The translations under genes and the position numbers were made by a program. A stretch of DNA of 52,951 bases from Girardia tigrina. Its lineage: Eukaryota. Shown here one piece after another: positions 1 through 11,760 of this stretch. Every line of letters begins with the position of its first letter. The stretch's first letter is position 1. The stretch is from contig MQRK01189108.1 in NCBI GenBank assembly GCA_001938485.1, positions 3,270 through 56,220 of the forward strand. Direction: 5' to 3'. Below the pieces are notes generated by a model. The model saw only the letters and a list, made by a program, of their open reading frames with translations. It did not search any database and had not been told where the DNA came from.

Positions 1-220
1 AAAGAGCGAAAATACGATAGAGACAAAACGAATATTTCATACAGGCGATAAAGTGTTGATAAAAAAAGAAAATGCTACAAAGGAAGAAGATCGATATATA
101 GGTCCAGCCACAGTAAAAAACAGAAGACATGAAAGAAGTTATGAATTGGAGCTAGAAGATGGTAGAATTTTGATCAGAAATGTGGAATGGCTAAAGCCAT
201 TTAAATCGAGGGGGATTTGA
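1..220 (+). mobile_element. 3' end of Gypsy/Ty3 LTR-retrotransposon pol (integrase C-terminal GPY/F-like region) with polypurine tract
   Basis: Frame 2 reads ...RIFHTGDKVLIKK...RYIGPATVKNRRHERSYELELEDGRILIRNVEWLKPFKSRGI*; purine tract GAGGGGGA (208-215) immediately precedes the LTR. Confidence 0.8.
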
Positions 221-810
221 GGAATATTTGGTGTGTGGATGTTTTTGTGTAGTTTTTGTATGTTTAAATGTTGTATGTTGATTTGGGATTGTGCCTCTCC
301 TAACCAGATGGATTGTCAATATTTAATTTTTATAATCTGAAACTAATTTATTTAAAGTTAGATTTAATATTTAAATTTTTAGTTTTTATTATTGTACTTT
401 TTAAATAATTTAAATGATTTTATTTTTAAAATCAAAACTTAAAAGCCAATTAAAAACGTTTATTAATTTCGACGGTTTAACCGTCATCGTCAGAACAAAT
501 GATTTTTCAAACGAAATTTACTTATATAGTGCAGTTAATGATTATGCAATTTTATTTTTGTAAATTTTTAAATAATTAAAATCAAATTAATGTTTAAAAA
601 TAACTATAAAAATATTTTATTTCAGCCAATAAAATTTAAAGTAAATATTTTTAAATAAAATATTTTTCTCAACTTAGTTCAGATTATAATGAGAGATATT
701 GAAAAATTGATTGATGGAATCTAGTGAAAGCCTTACTGTTGATCATCATAAAGATGATAAAAATTGTGAATGTAATAAATGTTCTGTCAAATGTGTGAGT
801 TCTCTTAACA
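216..810 (+). mobile_element. 3' LTR of the Gypsy element, carrying a 121-bp insertion
   Basis: Colinear with the solo LTR at 50835-51299 (T(T/G)TGAGGAATAT...GTGTGAGTTCTCTTAACA); follows the PPT. Confidence 0.85.
458..496 (-). ncRNA. Minimal type I hammerhead ribozyme motif (Penelope-type)
   Basis: Minus strand: GTT-CTGACGA-T-GACGG(TTAAA)CCGTC-GAAA-TTAA-TA-AAC; intact core, stem I GTT/AAC, palindromic stem III. Confidence 0.75.
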
Positions 811-1419
811 TTAACAATAAATATATCATGAAAATTTTAATTTTTATGAATATTTGTTATTTGTGTATAAAATGGATAACTTTCATCGAAATTATTTTCA
901 GTAAAATTTAAAAAAATATATTAAAATTAAATAAAAAATACTAACCTATTTAAAATTGTATATCAAAAAGAATTTTAATTATTAAAACAAATATTTTTCC
1001 CACCAATTTTAACAAAATTTCTAAGAAAATTATTTCATCTAAATAACAAGAAAAAACATTTTCATGGAAAAATTTAGATGGAAAAAAATGAAAAAATTTT
1101 CCATCAAATTAATTTTCCATATAATTCATTATCCATGAAAGTCTTCCAATGAAAGTAAATCCACCAAGATAAAAATGCCTACTTACCGTTACAAATAAAA
1201 AGGTCAATTTATTATAACAATTGATAATTATTAATAATATTGGTATTTTTTCGTAAAAACAGAAAATTATTTGAAATTTTATGAAAAAAACATTTTACGA
1301 AAAAAATGTATGTTTTTCAAAAGAGTTTCTCGTTTTTTAAAAGCATAAAAACAGATTTTTTACCACTTGAAGTAGTATATCATTTTTTTAAAATTATTTC
1401 ATTATAATTAAATTATTAT

Positions 1420-1500
1420 ATTCGATGTTTTGTCCGCGGCGTTTTTGGTGGCGTCGTTTTTGTTCTCGGCGTTTTGTCCGCACCGTTTTGTCGTGATACC
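1420..1500. repeat. GC-rich degenerate tandem repeat, probably a DNA-transposon (MULE-like) terminus
   Basis: Repeated CGTTTT(T)GTCC-like units ending GTGATACC, similar in style to the MULE terminus near 26568. Confidence 0.35.
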
Positions 1501-1999
1501 CATTAATATATCCAATTTACCAAAACATTTTTCAAATTTAATTCAACATTATGTCCTACTGACGGAGATACTCGCCGTACATTAAAAAAAATCTGATACC
1601 ACATATTTCAGGTTACAGCAAATTATCTAGAAGCATAACTGTTTAATCCTCAGTGGTCGAATTACCACTCTAGTCACCAAAATCAAAATTAGAAGCTCTG
1701 TGGGTCAGCCACTAAAGGGAACCAGAAAAAAATTTACATGAAATAATGGTCGAAAAGTCATAATATATAAGCCATATTATATTTTTTCCTTATTAGAAAT
1801 TCTTTTGGTGTTAATATTTCTTTAAAAATTAATTTCGTCCCAAGGACAATGCTTTTAAATTCTTATACCGATCACTAAGGATTAAGTAGATTATATATCA
1901 AATGATATTAGATTGTATAAATAATCACAAAAATTATAATAAATTAATATTTTTATGAATACATTTAAACACCATTCAAAATTTTTATTTTAAAAAAAT

Positions 2000-3035
2000 G
2001 TGATTAATTTTGACGCATCACCCGTTATCATCATTGGCGCCGACTTTAGCTTCTATATTTTTTCCATCATTGAAGAAAAAATGAGATTGTTTTCTGGTAG
2101 CAGTTCATTGCATTATAAACGGTATGTAGATGATATTTTTTTAGTTTTTGAAAAGAGTGAGCATGTAGCTCCGTTTTTAAAATGCATGAATTCTTTACAT
2201 CCAAATATGAAATTTACTATTGAAGAAGAACAAAATGGTCACGTCTTTTTTGGACCTAATGGTATAAAGGAAACATAGGCATTTGAGACAAAAAATTTTC
2301 GTAAAAAAACGGATACGGGTTTATATACAACCCAGAGTAGTTTCTGTGAACCTAAATATAATAGAAATATGATAAAAGGTTTAGTTTTCCGATCGTGGTC
2401 TCTGTCATCTACTTTTTAAAAATCTGATAAAAGTATCAATAGGCTAACAAACTTACTAAATAATAATGGTTATTCAAAATCTTATATTGAAAGATTAATA
2501 AATGAAACTATTACTAAATTACTTGATAATTCTAAGAAAAATAATTTTAAGGTTAACAATAATTATTCAATTAATAATTGTCATTCCAATAATATCGATA
2601 AGGCTGATCAATTAAATAAACGAAGAATAGGTTTTGTTCTAACTGTTCCTTATTCGGAAGGGTCTAAGAAATTTAAAAATTCTATTAAACGATGTGATTT
2701 AAATAATTTACTAGGATTAAAGATTATTTCTCAAACATTCAAAAAAAGTAGTTTTGAGATAAATAATTTTAAGGTTCTGTGTTCAAAGTTTACAAATTAT
2801 TGGGAGATAGTTACGTGTGAAGCTTTATTAATCAGGACCCACAATCCTAAAATAAATGTTCAAGCGACAATTTCAACCAATTTATTAAAAGTATTTAATT
2901 AAAAAGCGATTACATAAATTGATTACATAATCACTGCTTCCATATCGATATACGTTGTTTTGATCATTATTTGTTTTGTCTGATGATGACGGGTGATCGG
3001 TCGAAATTAATCACATTTTTTAAAAATAAAAATTT
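2000..3035 (+). mobile_element. Degenerate, 5'-truncated Penelope-like retroelement (RT C-terminus, internally deleted GIY-YIG region, 3' end with hammerhead)
   Basis: YKRYVDDIF RT motif; MNSLHPNMKFTIEEE; RKKTDTGLY; C-terminal WEIVTCEALLIRTHNPKINVQ; frameshifts; homologous to 52240-52951 and 33445-33541. Confidence 0.85.
2977..3015 (+). ncRNA. Minimal type I hammerhead ribozyme motif
   Basis: TGT-CTGATGA-T-GACGG(GTGAT)CGGTC-GAAA-TTAA-TC-ACA; one G-G mismatch in stem II; about 75 nt downstream of the Penelope ORF stop. Confidence 0.75.
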
Positions 3036-3799
3036 TGAGTGGTGTTTAAATGTATTCTCAAAAAAAATTACCATTATTTTTAAATTCTTAATATTTTATA
3101 TGATTTTTATTATTTTAAAGTGTTTTTTTAATTTTGTAAAATACTTAAAAATAAATTATAAAATAATAAAAATTTTGCGCCCAGGTGGCATTTTTATTTT
3201 CTTTGAAAGATTTTTCATAGCTTGGTTCACTTTTATTTAGTGTAATTAATTGCTCTATCAAATATTTTGATGAATGAATATGGTATTTAGTTGGTCATAA
3301 AATGTTAAATTAACATAAGTGTCTTCAACGGTTAGGTCTAAAGCGAGGCTGATTAATTTTTTGAGACTTTGGATTCTTTCAATAGAAAAGGGAAAAACGA
3401 AATGCTTTTTTTTGTTTAAACAACACTATAAAATTATTCTTTTGTAAAATTATACATATTATAAATATATTATTTACCAAGAACGTTCTTGCAGTTTTCA
3501 TAATTAAAGGTAAGAGACACAAACATTTCTTAAGATCATATGTATCTATCAAAATAAGCAAAACAAATGAATTTATGCCAGTTGCATAAAATATATCATT
3601 ATGCTGGAAAAATAATTGTTAAAGGTGGGTAGATATTGCTCAGGTCATTGAAGCATTTTCTGCATTCGAAATGGTTGAAATGCTTGAAAATGTGATAATC
3701 TATAGGTAATATGTCTGGTGATTAAGGCGAGGAGATGAAATCTCATGGTCTAATTCCTTTAATAAGCTTTAAATATTGCTTTCAATTGTTTATTATCAA

Positions 3800-4500
3800 T
3801 TTTAGAAACCTATTTTTGACGAATTTTTACTCACTCAATTTTCTCTAAACTTTGCACACTCATTTTCGATGACAATAAATGATAATGTGAAAATTTAATT
3901 ACAAAAACTTTTTAAAGTCTCAGAATTGGAACAAAACTATTGGAGTTCCTGAACAATAGTAGTATAAAAAGATTTACTTATAAATTATAAGTAGTTTATA
4001 TTATGCAAAAAAAATAAATTGAAAAATAAAAAAAACTCCAGTAAACCGATTTAAAGTCTAACTATTAAATCAAAAAAATTCTTTAATATCCATGCTTTAT
4101 GCGGGTAAAACGCTACTTAGCCAACAGAATTTTTTAATTTTTTTGTGTTTTTTGGAAAATATTTTTTTAATTAAAATCTCTATAAATTATACAATAAAGC
4201 AATAAAAAACATTAAAAAATTTAAAGAAAATCTTTTTCTTGAAATGATTTGAAAGTTCAACTATCACCTTCAAATGAGAAAAAAAAATTGTGAAAATACT
4301 AACACATACACCTCTCATCCATTGTTAAATGTATAGAGAATTGAAAATTGAAATTTAGTTAACTTAATTATATAAATTTTAATTAAAAAAATATTTTCAA
4401 AAGAAAAAAATGAAAGATTTAAAAAAAAATTCTGTTGGCCAAGTAGAGTTCTGTCTGCATCAGGAATTGGATATAAAATTTTTTTTGATTTACTAGTTTA
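3800..4500 (+). repeat. Dispersed non-coding repeat (MITE-like) with internal inverted repeat
   Basis: TTTAGAAACCTA...GATGACAATAAATGAT..TGTGAAAATTT recurs at ~10730 and, inverted, at ~19140-19200 and 21620-21660; internal arms ~4065-4135 and ~4420-4495 (TACTTAGCCAACAGA / TCTGTTGGCCAAGTA). Confidence 0.6.
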
Positions 4501-4832
4501 TTTTTCCGTTGTATTTTAAATATAATCGTTTCATTATAACCATAATTAATCATTTTTATCAATTAGTGACCTTCTTTTTAGATATTTTTTATTTTTATTA
4601 CTCCTTGTAAATTTTTTGGAAATTCAAACCATCAATTTTCTCTATTTAAAAAATACAAATAAGAAGACTCAATAATTAATTTATAATACTTACAAATATA
4701 ATACTTATAATAATAATACTTACAAAGCTTTATAATACTTACAAAAAATTGGGTTTACGTGTACCGAGAAAAGATGGGAATGTCATATAAACAACTTTTG
4801 AAATTGGTTTATTTTCGCTTTATATTTTTTAG

Positions 4833-5111
4833 GTTTCCTGGCCTTCTTCTGCAGAACAAATCAATAATCTTAGTGCTCCGGTGGCAACAAAATTAATTTC
4901 AAACAAACTTTTTGATTTAGTTATTAATCTTCCAAATTACAAAACAAAATACGTTACTGAAAATTATCTAATTCGACGAGCGGCGATTGATTCTGCAACA
5001 CCATTAATAATTAATTTTGAATTAGTGAAGTTGTTAGTCGAATCTTTGGCCTACGTCGACTCGGTCACAACCGACTCACTTTTCAATTATCAAGCCGTGA
5101 CCTATACCTAA
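4833..5111 (+). CDS. CPS1: Terminal exon of carbamoyl-phosphate synthetase, CPS I/III type (MGS-like allosteric domain)
   Basis: Acceptor ttttttag| at 4832; VSWPSS...[46 protein letters not shown]...DSLFNY* matches the recalled vertebrate CPS1 C-terminus (VAWP...[36 protein letters not shown]...KSLFHY); stops here, unlike CAD. Confidence 0.85.
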   Translation, partial: [92 protein letters not shown]

Positions 5112-5156
5112 ATGACCCATAGTTATTTTTTAGTGGTTAAAGAAACTGTTTTTTTT

Positions 5157-5162
5157 AATAAA
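5157..5162 (+). promoter_or_regulatory. Candidate polyadenylation signal of the CPS gene
   Basis: First AATAAA, 45 nt after the stop, followed by T-rich sequence; the hexamer is common in AT-rich DNA. Confidence 0.45.
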
Positions 5163-7470
5163 GTTTTATTGCCTTATTTCTTTCATTGAATCTCAAAGAC
5201 AAAAATTATTTTTTTATATTTTGAATTGTCCTTGAAGTATCGTTCCTCAAAAAGGGTGTGTATTTTTAATTTTAGTATTATGTATCTAATTTCAACATTG
5301 TTTAAGGATCTAATACTACACTAGTTTAAGCGGCTTGTATCTGTCTAAAGATTTTGAATTATTTATCGTTGTTTAAGTTGGTTTATAAAAATTGACCTCC
5401 CATCTCTTTTCAAGAATGGTATTGAGCCTAAAAGTTCTTTAGGTAATTCACTCAAATCAAATAAGTCAATAAATTCCGATAGGCCTCCTCTCTGGAGCTT
5501 AATGATTTCGAAGATGTTCGAGACCCAGGATTTGACTTTTGTAGTGATTGGGGTAAGGATTTGGTTGGGTTGCTGGCCCAATCGTCGTTGTTTCTCAATT
5601 TTGCGTAGGGACGAAATTTCATCCAGACTTGTTTACCAGGACTGCTTCTTGAGGAGGCGAGAGAAACTGAAATCATGATACAATACCTTGTTAACGCCAG
5701 AAGCATGTTCAAAAATCGTTTTGAATAAGTTTTCAGATAGTTTTGCATTGAGTTATCGGATAATACCTTCGTTTTTTTTATCATAGAGTTTCAAATTCAA
5801 ATCTCATTTAATTATTTAGCCAACTTGTCTATGGTGATTATTTAACTATTTTTATACAAGTGCTGAGTTGTAAAGTATACCTGTTTTTGTATTTAAAAAG
5901 ATTTATTTCCAAAAAAACAATAAATTAATCAATAGCATATTCTCTATTGTTGCTTTCAACTTCTTTTCAAAGTTCAAGGAGCTTTTAAATACATCGACAT
6001 TAGAATTCGTCCAACTAAGTAAATAATTCTGGATCAGTAAGAAACGAAACACCACCTATAGCATTGAAAGGTTATCAAAAACGATGAAAATCTAAATCTA
6101 ATTTTGTGTCCTGTTTGAAATTGCTTGTGTTGGGAACGTTCATAAAATATAAAATTTTTGAATCTTATCAAATTATTAAATAAACAATTACATTCCGTAA
6201 AATATTGTTATAAATATGTTAAAATAGATTTTCAGAAATTTAATGTAAAAAAAATAATTTAAGTAAGAAATAAAATAAATTTTACGGTAGGGTTATTAAA
6301 AGATTTATGTAAAGATTTATTATAAAGTAAAAAAAAAGTTAATTTCAAATTTGATGAAAATATTTATTTGAAATAAAATAAAAGTAATTTAAGTTTGATA
6401 TTTATTTGTGAAATAAAAGTAAACTAAACTATTTTGGTAACTTTTAAATCAAAGTAAATTAAAAATGTGGTTATAATTTTTTTTGGAAAATGTAATTATA
6501 ATTTTTATTGGAAATTAAAATTGGGATTAAAAACTAATTGAAAACCATTAAATTGACTTAAATAAAAAATGCGATTTTAATTTTTTTTGGAAAATGTAAT
6601 TGAGAAACAGTTAAATTTAAATGTACCATAAAATTGAAAAATTAATAAAAGACGCAACAAAATTTTTGTGACAAAATTTTAATTCACTATAATTTTTATT
6701 AAAGAAAATATAAAATTTTAATTTGTAAAAAAATATACAAACCATATTTTTATTTATATCTATTTTTATTTATATTGGTTGTGTAAAAAAGAAAGTACAA
6801 AAGTTCCTCAAAAAATATTTGTTTAAAAAATTCAAATTGTTATAGAAATAAATTTTTGTGTTCATTATAATGTCTTTTGAGCAAGAACCCAATAGCTTGT
6901 TTCTAGCTAATTTGAATGCCTTGATCACGAATCTGAACTTCATTTTTGTCGAGGACCTCTAGTTTATTATGTAAACGTCAGTGGTCGCTGTGGTTAGGAA
7001 TAGATGGTGCCACTCAAGGTTCACACACTGTTACTATTAATTATTTGAGTGTACTGTAAATACAAAAATGTCAATGTAGAACTAATTAACATTTTTATCA
7101 TTAATCAGTACAAAATTCTAGAGTTTTGTGTTTAGTTAAATTTGAGTTTGCTAGAAAATTCCAATGTTCTATTTCTAGTAAAATTGAGTATTATAGACAA
7201 ATTAGAAGATGCCAGTTTTAGGTTTTTTTAAAGCAATACTGAAAACATATTTTCTCAAAACTTTAACCATATTCTGATTCAGTATGGTCGAACACTTTTG
7301 GTGGTTAAGCACCTTTTAAAAATAAATGCTTTTTCTCAAAATTCTTTATCAAAAGTAAAAGATTTGCAATTACAAGATTTACAAATATTCTCATTTATAT
7401 AACTCTGTAGCCTACCGTCAAATCTATATATTTAGCAAAGTCTATCTTATTTTTCGTATCAATTTACAAT

Positions 7471-8835
7471 ATGCCGAGACAATGCAAGCGACCAATCGAC
7501 TCTTTCTGTTACATTTGCGGTGAATTTATTTTAAAAGGAAGAGAGAAATCCATCACACCTCTCATTGGAAAGGCTTATGAGCAGTATTTTCATATCAAAA
7601 TTAATAATCAAGACAAGGATTGGGCTCCACACAAGTGCTGTGCAAATTGTGCTGTACCGCTTCGGGGATGGCTGAGTGGCAATCGAAAATCCATGCCATT
7701 TACAATCATAATGATGTGGCGAGAGTCGGCAGATCATGTCACCAACTGCTACTTTTGCCTCACAGATGTTTCTGGCATAAACCAAGAAACATCGAAGGAA
7801 ATCGAGAATCCAAACCTATCATCTGCAATTCGTCCTGTGCCTCATTGCGATGAACTTCCCTTACCTGTTCCTCCTGATGTTGATACTTTTGGAAATGAGG
7901 ATACATCATCGGATAGGTGCAGTAGCGGTGAGGATCCTATGGCTGATATGGAGTATGTTCCTAATTGCTCAACAGGTCCAAATCTCATTACATAGGAAGA
8001 ACTCAATGATTTGTGTCGCGACCTCAACCTCTCCAACGCACCCCAGAGTTGTTAGGCTCACGCTTGCAGCAATCGAACTTTCTTGTCTCTGGAACCAAGA
8101 TTTCCATGTACAGAGAACATCACCGCAGTTTATCTTCCCTATTCGAGAAGCAAGGCAATCTCTGCTATTGCACGGACATTAATAGTCTCCTCAGGGAGCT
8201 TGGTTTTTTTTATGTACCAAATGAATGGCGACTGTTCATAAACAGCTCCAAATCGAGTTTGAAGGCAGTTCTACTGCACATACGAAATAAATACCCATCT
8301 ATCCCTGTTAGATACGCTGTACATATGAAGGAGACGTACCACAATATGCAGAAGTTGCTACTGAAGATCCAGTATTCCAAGCATCAGTGGGTCATTTGTG
8401 GTGATCTGAAAGTGATCGGGCTGGGGCTAGGTATGTAGAATGGCTATACAAAGTATTGTTATTTCTTGTGTGAGTGGGATAGCAGAGAAGCATTACATCA
8501 GACAAGACTGGCCACGAAGAGAGATGCTACAGCCTGGGCGCATGAATGTAAATAATCAACCATTATTGGATTCCAGAAAGATACTGCTGTCGCCACTGTA
8601 TATTAAGCTATGGCTAATGAAGAACATTGTGAAGGCAATGGATCGAAGTGCTACTGGTTTCCGGTACTTGCTGGAGAAGTTTCCGCACATAAGCCAAACG
8701 TAACTAAAGCAAATAATCTTTGTTGGGCCACAAATTCGTAAAGTTATGTTGGGTCCAAACTTTAACTCAGCCCTTAAGCCTGATGAACTGGAAGCGTGGA
8801 ATGCCTTCAAAGCCGTCGTCATACAGTTTCTCTTG
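7471..8835 (+). mobile_element. Chapaev3-type (CMC) transposase pseudogene, 3'-truncated
   Basis: FCYICGE...QDKDWAPHKCC...WRE..DHVTNCYFC N-terminal zinc region; EWRLFINSSKSSLKAVLLH; HQWVICGDLKV; stops and frameshifts. Confidence 0.8.
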
Positions 8836-8916
8836 AACGGAGCAGGTCTTTTTGTGTCGTTTTTTTCAGTAATTTTTTGAATTTTTTTAAAGATTTTAAA
8901 GAATATATATTTCAAA

Positions 8917-9017
8917 ATTTCAAATAATATCTAACACTAATGCATTTAAACTTATATACATATCAAAGTAGATAAACAAAGTATAAAACTCAAAAACCGC
9001 CATTATTTTTCGAACAA

Positions 9018-9022
<5 letters not shown>
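8917..9022 (-). mobile_element. Isolated 5' end (TIR plus leader) of the cecropia-type mariner family
   Basis: Near-identical reverse complement of 46838-46943; flanked by TA. Confidence 0.8.
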
Positions 9023-9050
<28 letters not shown>

Positions 9051-9053
<3 letters not shown>

Positions 9054-10709
9054 GGTGCCCATAAAGTCACTTGACATGTTTGAAATTTTTTTTTGAAAAA
9101 TCTGTGAATGCTAGCAAAGCAATTTATTAATAAAATACATCGATAGGTACTACCAAATTATGTTATATAAAAATTTTAACTTTTTATAAAATCTTTTGTA
9201 AGTAGTATATCGTAATTAAATTATGTAAAAATTTCGAAAATCGTAACAAAATTTGTAGAGCCAAACTTAATCGAAAATTCGTACATTAATTGAAACAAAA
9301 TAAAATGTTTACATAATTTGTTTGTCTGAACCAAATGTAGAATAATAAAAATAGCACGGTGCATAATTTTGATATATAGCAGAGAATAGCATAACAGGAA
9401 AAGTAACTTAAATTTTGTTCCACAGTTTTTGTATTGACAGTTATTGGTTTAGATTTATGAAGATGGTATTGACATTGAAACAAAGAATTCAATTGGTTCA
9501 ACTATATTATGCAAACAACAAGTCAATTACTGCAACGATCCGCTTATGCAGATTGCAGTATGGAATTCAAAACATTTGCTCAAAACAAGGGTTGACGAAT
9601 TTGATTCACAAATTTGAAAAAACAGGATCAGTTAAAGATGCTGACAGGAGTGGTCGTCCAAGCGTTTCGAAAGAAACGCTAGCTGAGGTGTATGAAGCAA
9701 CAACCAGAATTCTAGAATTAGATGCTCAAGGTACCTCAAGCACAAGAATCATTGCCAGAGATTTGAATCTTTCAAAGTCAACAATTTGGAATGTTCTTCG
9801 CACAAAATTAAAACACCATCCATACAAAATCTCNNNNNNNNNNNNNNNNNNNNNNNNNNNNNNNNNNNNNNNNNNNNNNNNNNNNNNNNNNNNNNNNNNN
9901 NNNNNNNNNNNNNNNNNNNNNNNNNNNNNNNNNNNNNNNNNNNNNNNNNNNNNNNNNNNNNNNNNNNNNNNNNCATGTTAATACCAAAAACTGTGTGGTA
10001 TGGGCTGATCAGAATCCTCACCGACTTCATTCACGACCCTTATTTTCTCCTAGAATTACCGTTTGGTGTGGTTTCACAAGTAATTTCATCCTTGGTCCTT
10101 TCTTTTTTGAAGAACAACGTGCTAATTGGACTGTTCACACTGTTACTGTTACTGGTGTTAGGTACCTGGACCTTTTACAAACATTCATCATTCCTCAACT
10201 CCAACAGTGGCAAGTCCTGCAAGAAACTACATTTCAACATGATGGGGCACCCCCACATAATACAATCGCGGTTCGCAGATTTCTCGCAGAACACTTTGGG
10301 AATCGGATTATTTCACGAAATTTTGACTTTCCATGGCCAGCTAGATCACCAGACTTAAATCCTTGAGACTTTTGGCTATGGGGGTTCCTGAAAAGTAAGG
10401 TCTACGCACCTGCTCCTGCAACACTTAATGAACTCAAAGAGCGTATCACTGCCTGCATTGCTCATATTAACATTGACATCCTTCGAAATGTTGTGGTTAA
10501 TTTTGCTGATAGAGTGATATTATGTGAAGCTCGTGGTGGTTCACATTTTGAAAAGTATATGTAGCATTTTTAATTAAAACTGGATATTTTTATATTACAT
10601 AATTTGGTAGTACTTATCGATGTATTTTATTAATAAATTGCTTTGCTAGCATTCACAGATTTTTCAAAAAAAGATTTCAAACATGTCAAGTGACTTTATG
10701 GGCACCCTG
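9051..10709 (+). mobile_element. Full-length Tc1/mariner DD41D (rosa/Visitor-like) element with ~120-bp TIRs, inserted in (TA)n
   Basis: TIR CAGGGTGCCCATAAAGTCACTTGACATG at both ends; transposase ~9463-10564; 41 residues counted between QHD and the final D of SPDLNP*D; premature TGA at 10364-10366; gap 9834-9973. Confidence 0.9.
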
Positions 10710-10720
10710 TATATATATAT

Positions 10721-11185
10721 ATCCATGAAATTTAGAAACCTACTTTTGAAGACTGTTTCTCAATCAATTTTCTCAAAACTTTGTACATTTACTCATTCTC
10801 GATGACAATAAATGATTGTGTGAAAATTTGATCAAACTAGGAAATCCTAAATCTCATTTTGCTAAAAAAACGTTTTAGGATCATCAACAAATATTTAAAC
10901 TGTATTAAATAGAAATGTTTTGGATTTTTTCCTTTCATGCTTTATAATAAATTTATTATGTTATTAGTAACTATTTAATTTCAAAACGGTGTTGTAAATT
11001 TTTTGGTATGAAATTTTCTCTTCTACAAAAGACTTTTAATAGTTATTAATAACATAATAAATTTAATTAAAAATGTAATAGTAATTTTCCCTTCTAGAAA
11101 AGATTACAAAAAAAATCTGTTGGCCAAGTAGAGTTCTATCCGCATAAAGAATGGATTAAAAAAATTTTTGATTTACTAGTTTTTG
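10721..11185 (+). repeat. Second copy of the dispersed MITE-like repeat
   Basis: Shares motifs with 3800-4500 (GATGACAATAAATGAT; TCTGTTGGCCAAGTAGAGTTCT). Confidence 0.55.
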
Positions 11186-11760
11186 TTCAGAAAACTGAAA
11201 TTACTATTCATCAAATATATTTGGGGTATCCAAAATTAATTAATGTTTTAAAGTGGTTACGTTACCTTAAGTTTGTATAAATATAATATGGGTTTATTAA
11301 TTTTGATCATAGTGATATTTTGAGAAGTCTGAATTTTTTGTATCTTTTGATAAGGTGAAAAATTTAAAAAAATACTTAGTGACCAAATGACGGACTATTA
11401 AACGACTGAAAAACATATTCAATATTGTAGTTATTACATTTTCCAACCAAAGCTGTCTCGAATGGTGTATGTGGTCATTTTAAGGTCAATAAATGCCAAC
11501 GTTGGGTTAGAAAATTTGAATTTTTATTTTTATATAAAAATATAGAATTATAAATACTGATAAGCTATTTTAAAATTGAATTTTTTTTATTCTCTTTATT
11601 TTGAAAATTTACATTCCACTATTTTAGGCAATTTAATTTAAATTAAAACCAACATAATTTATTGTAGTCATATTTTTACTAAATTAATAAAAATGATTTT
11701 TATTATTTTAGAATTAGTTTAATGTTATTTTCTTTTATTTGTGAAAACGTTTTTAATTAA

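Noticed and set aside
711-911. 66-aa Cys-containing ORF
   Set aside because: Spans the LTR end into AT-rich flank; no coding support.
1605-1640. Possible upstream CPS exon (tttcag|VTANYLEA)
   Set aside because: In-frame stop follows immediately and there is no donor site.
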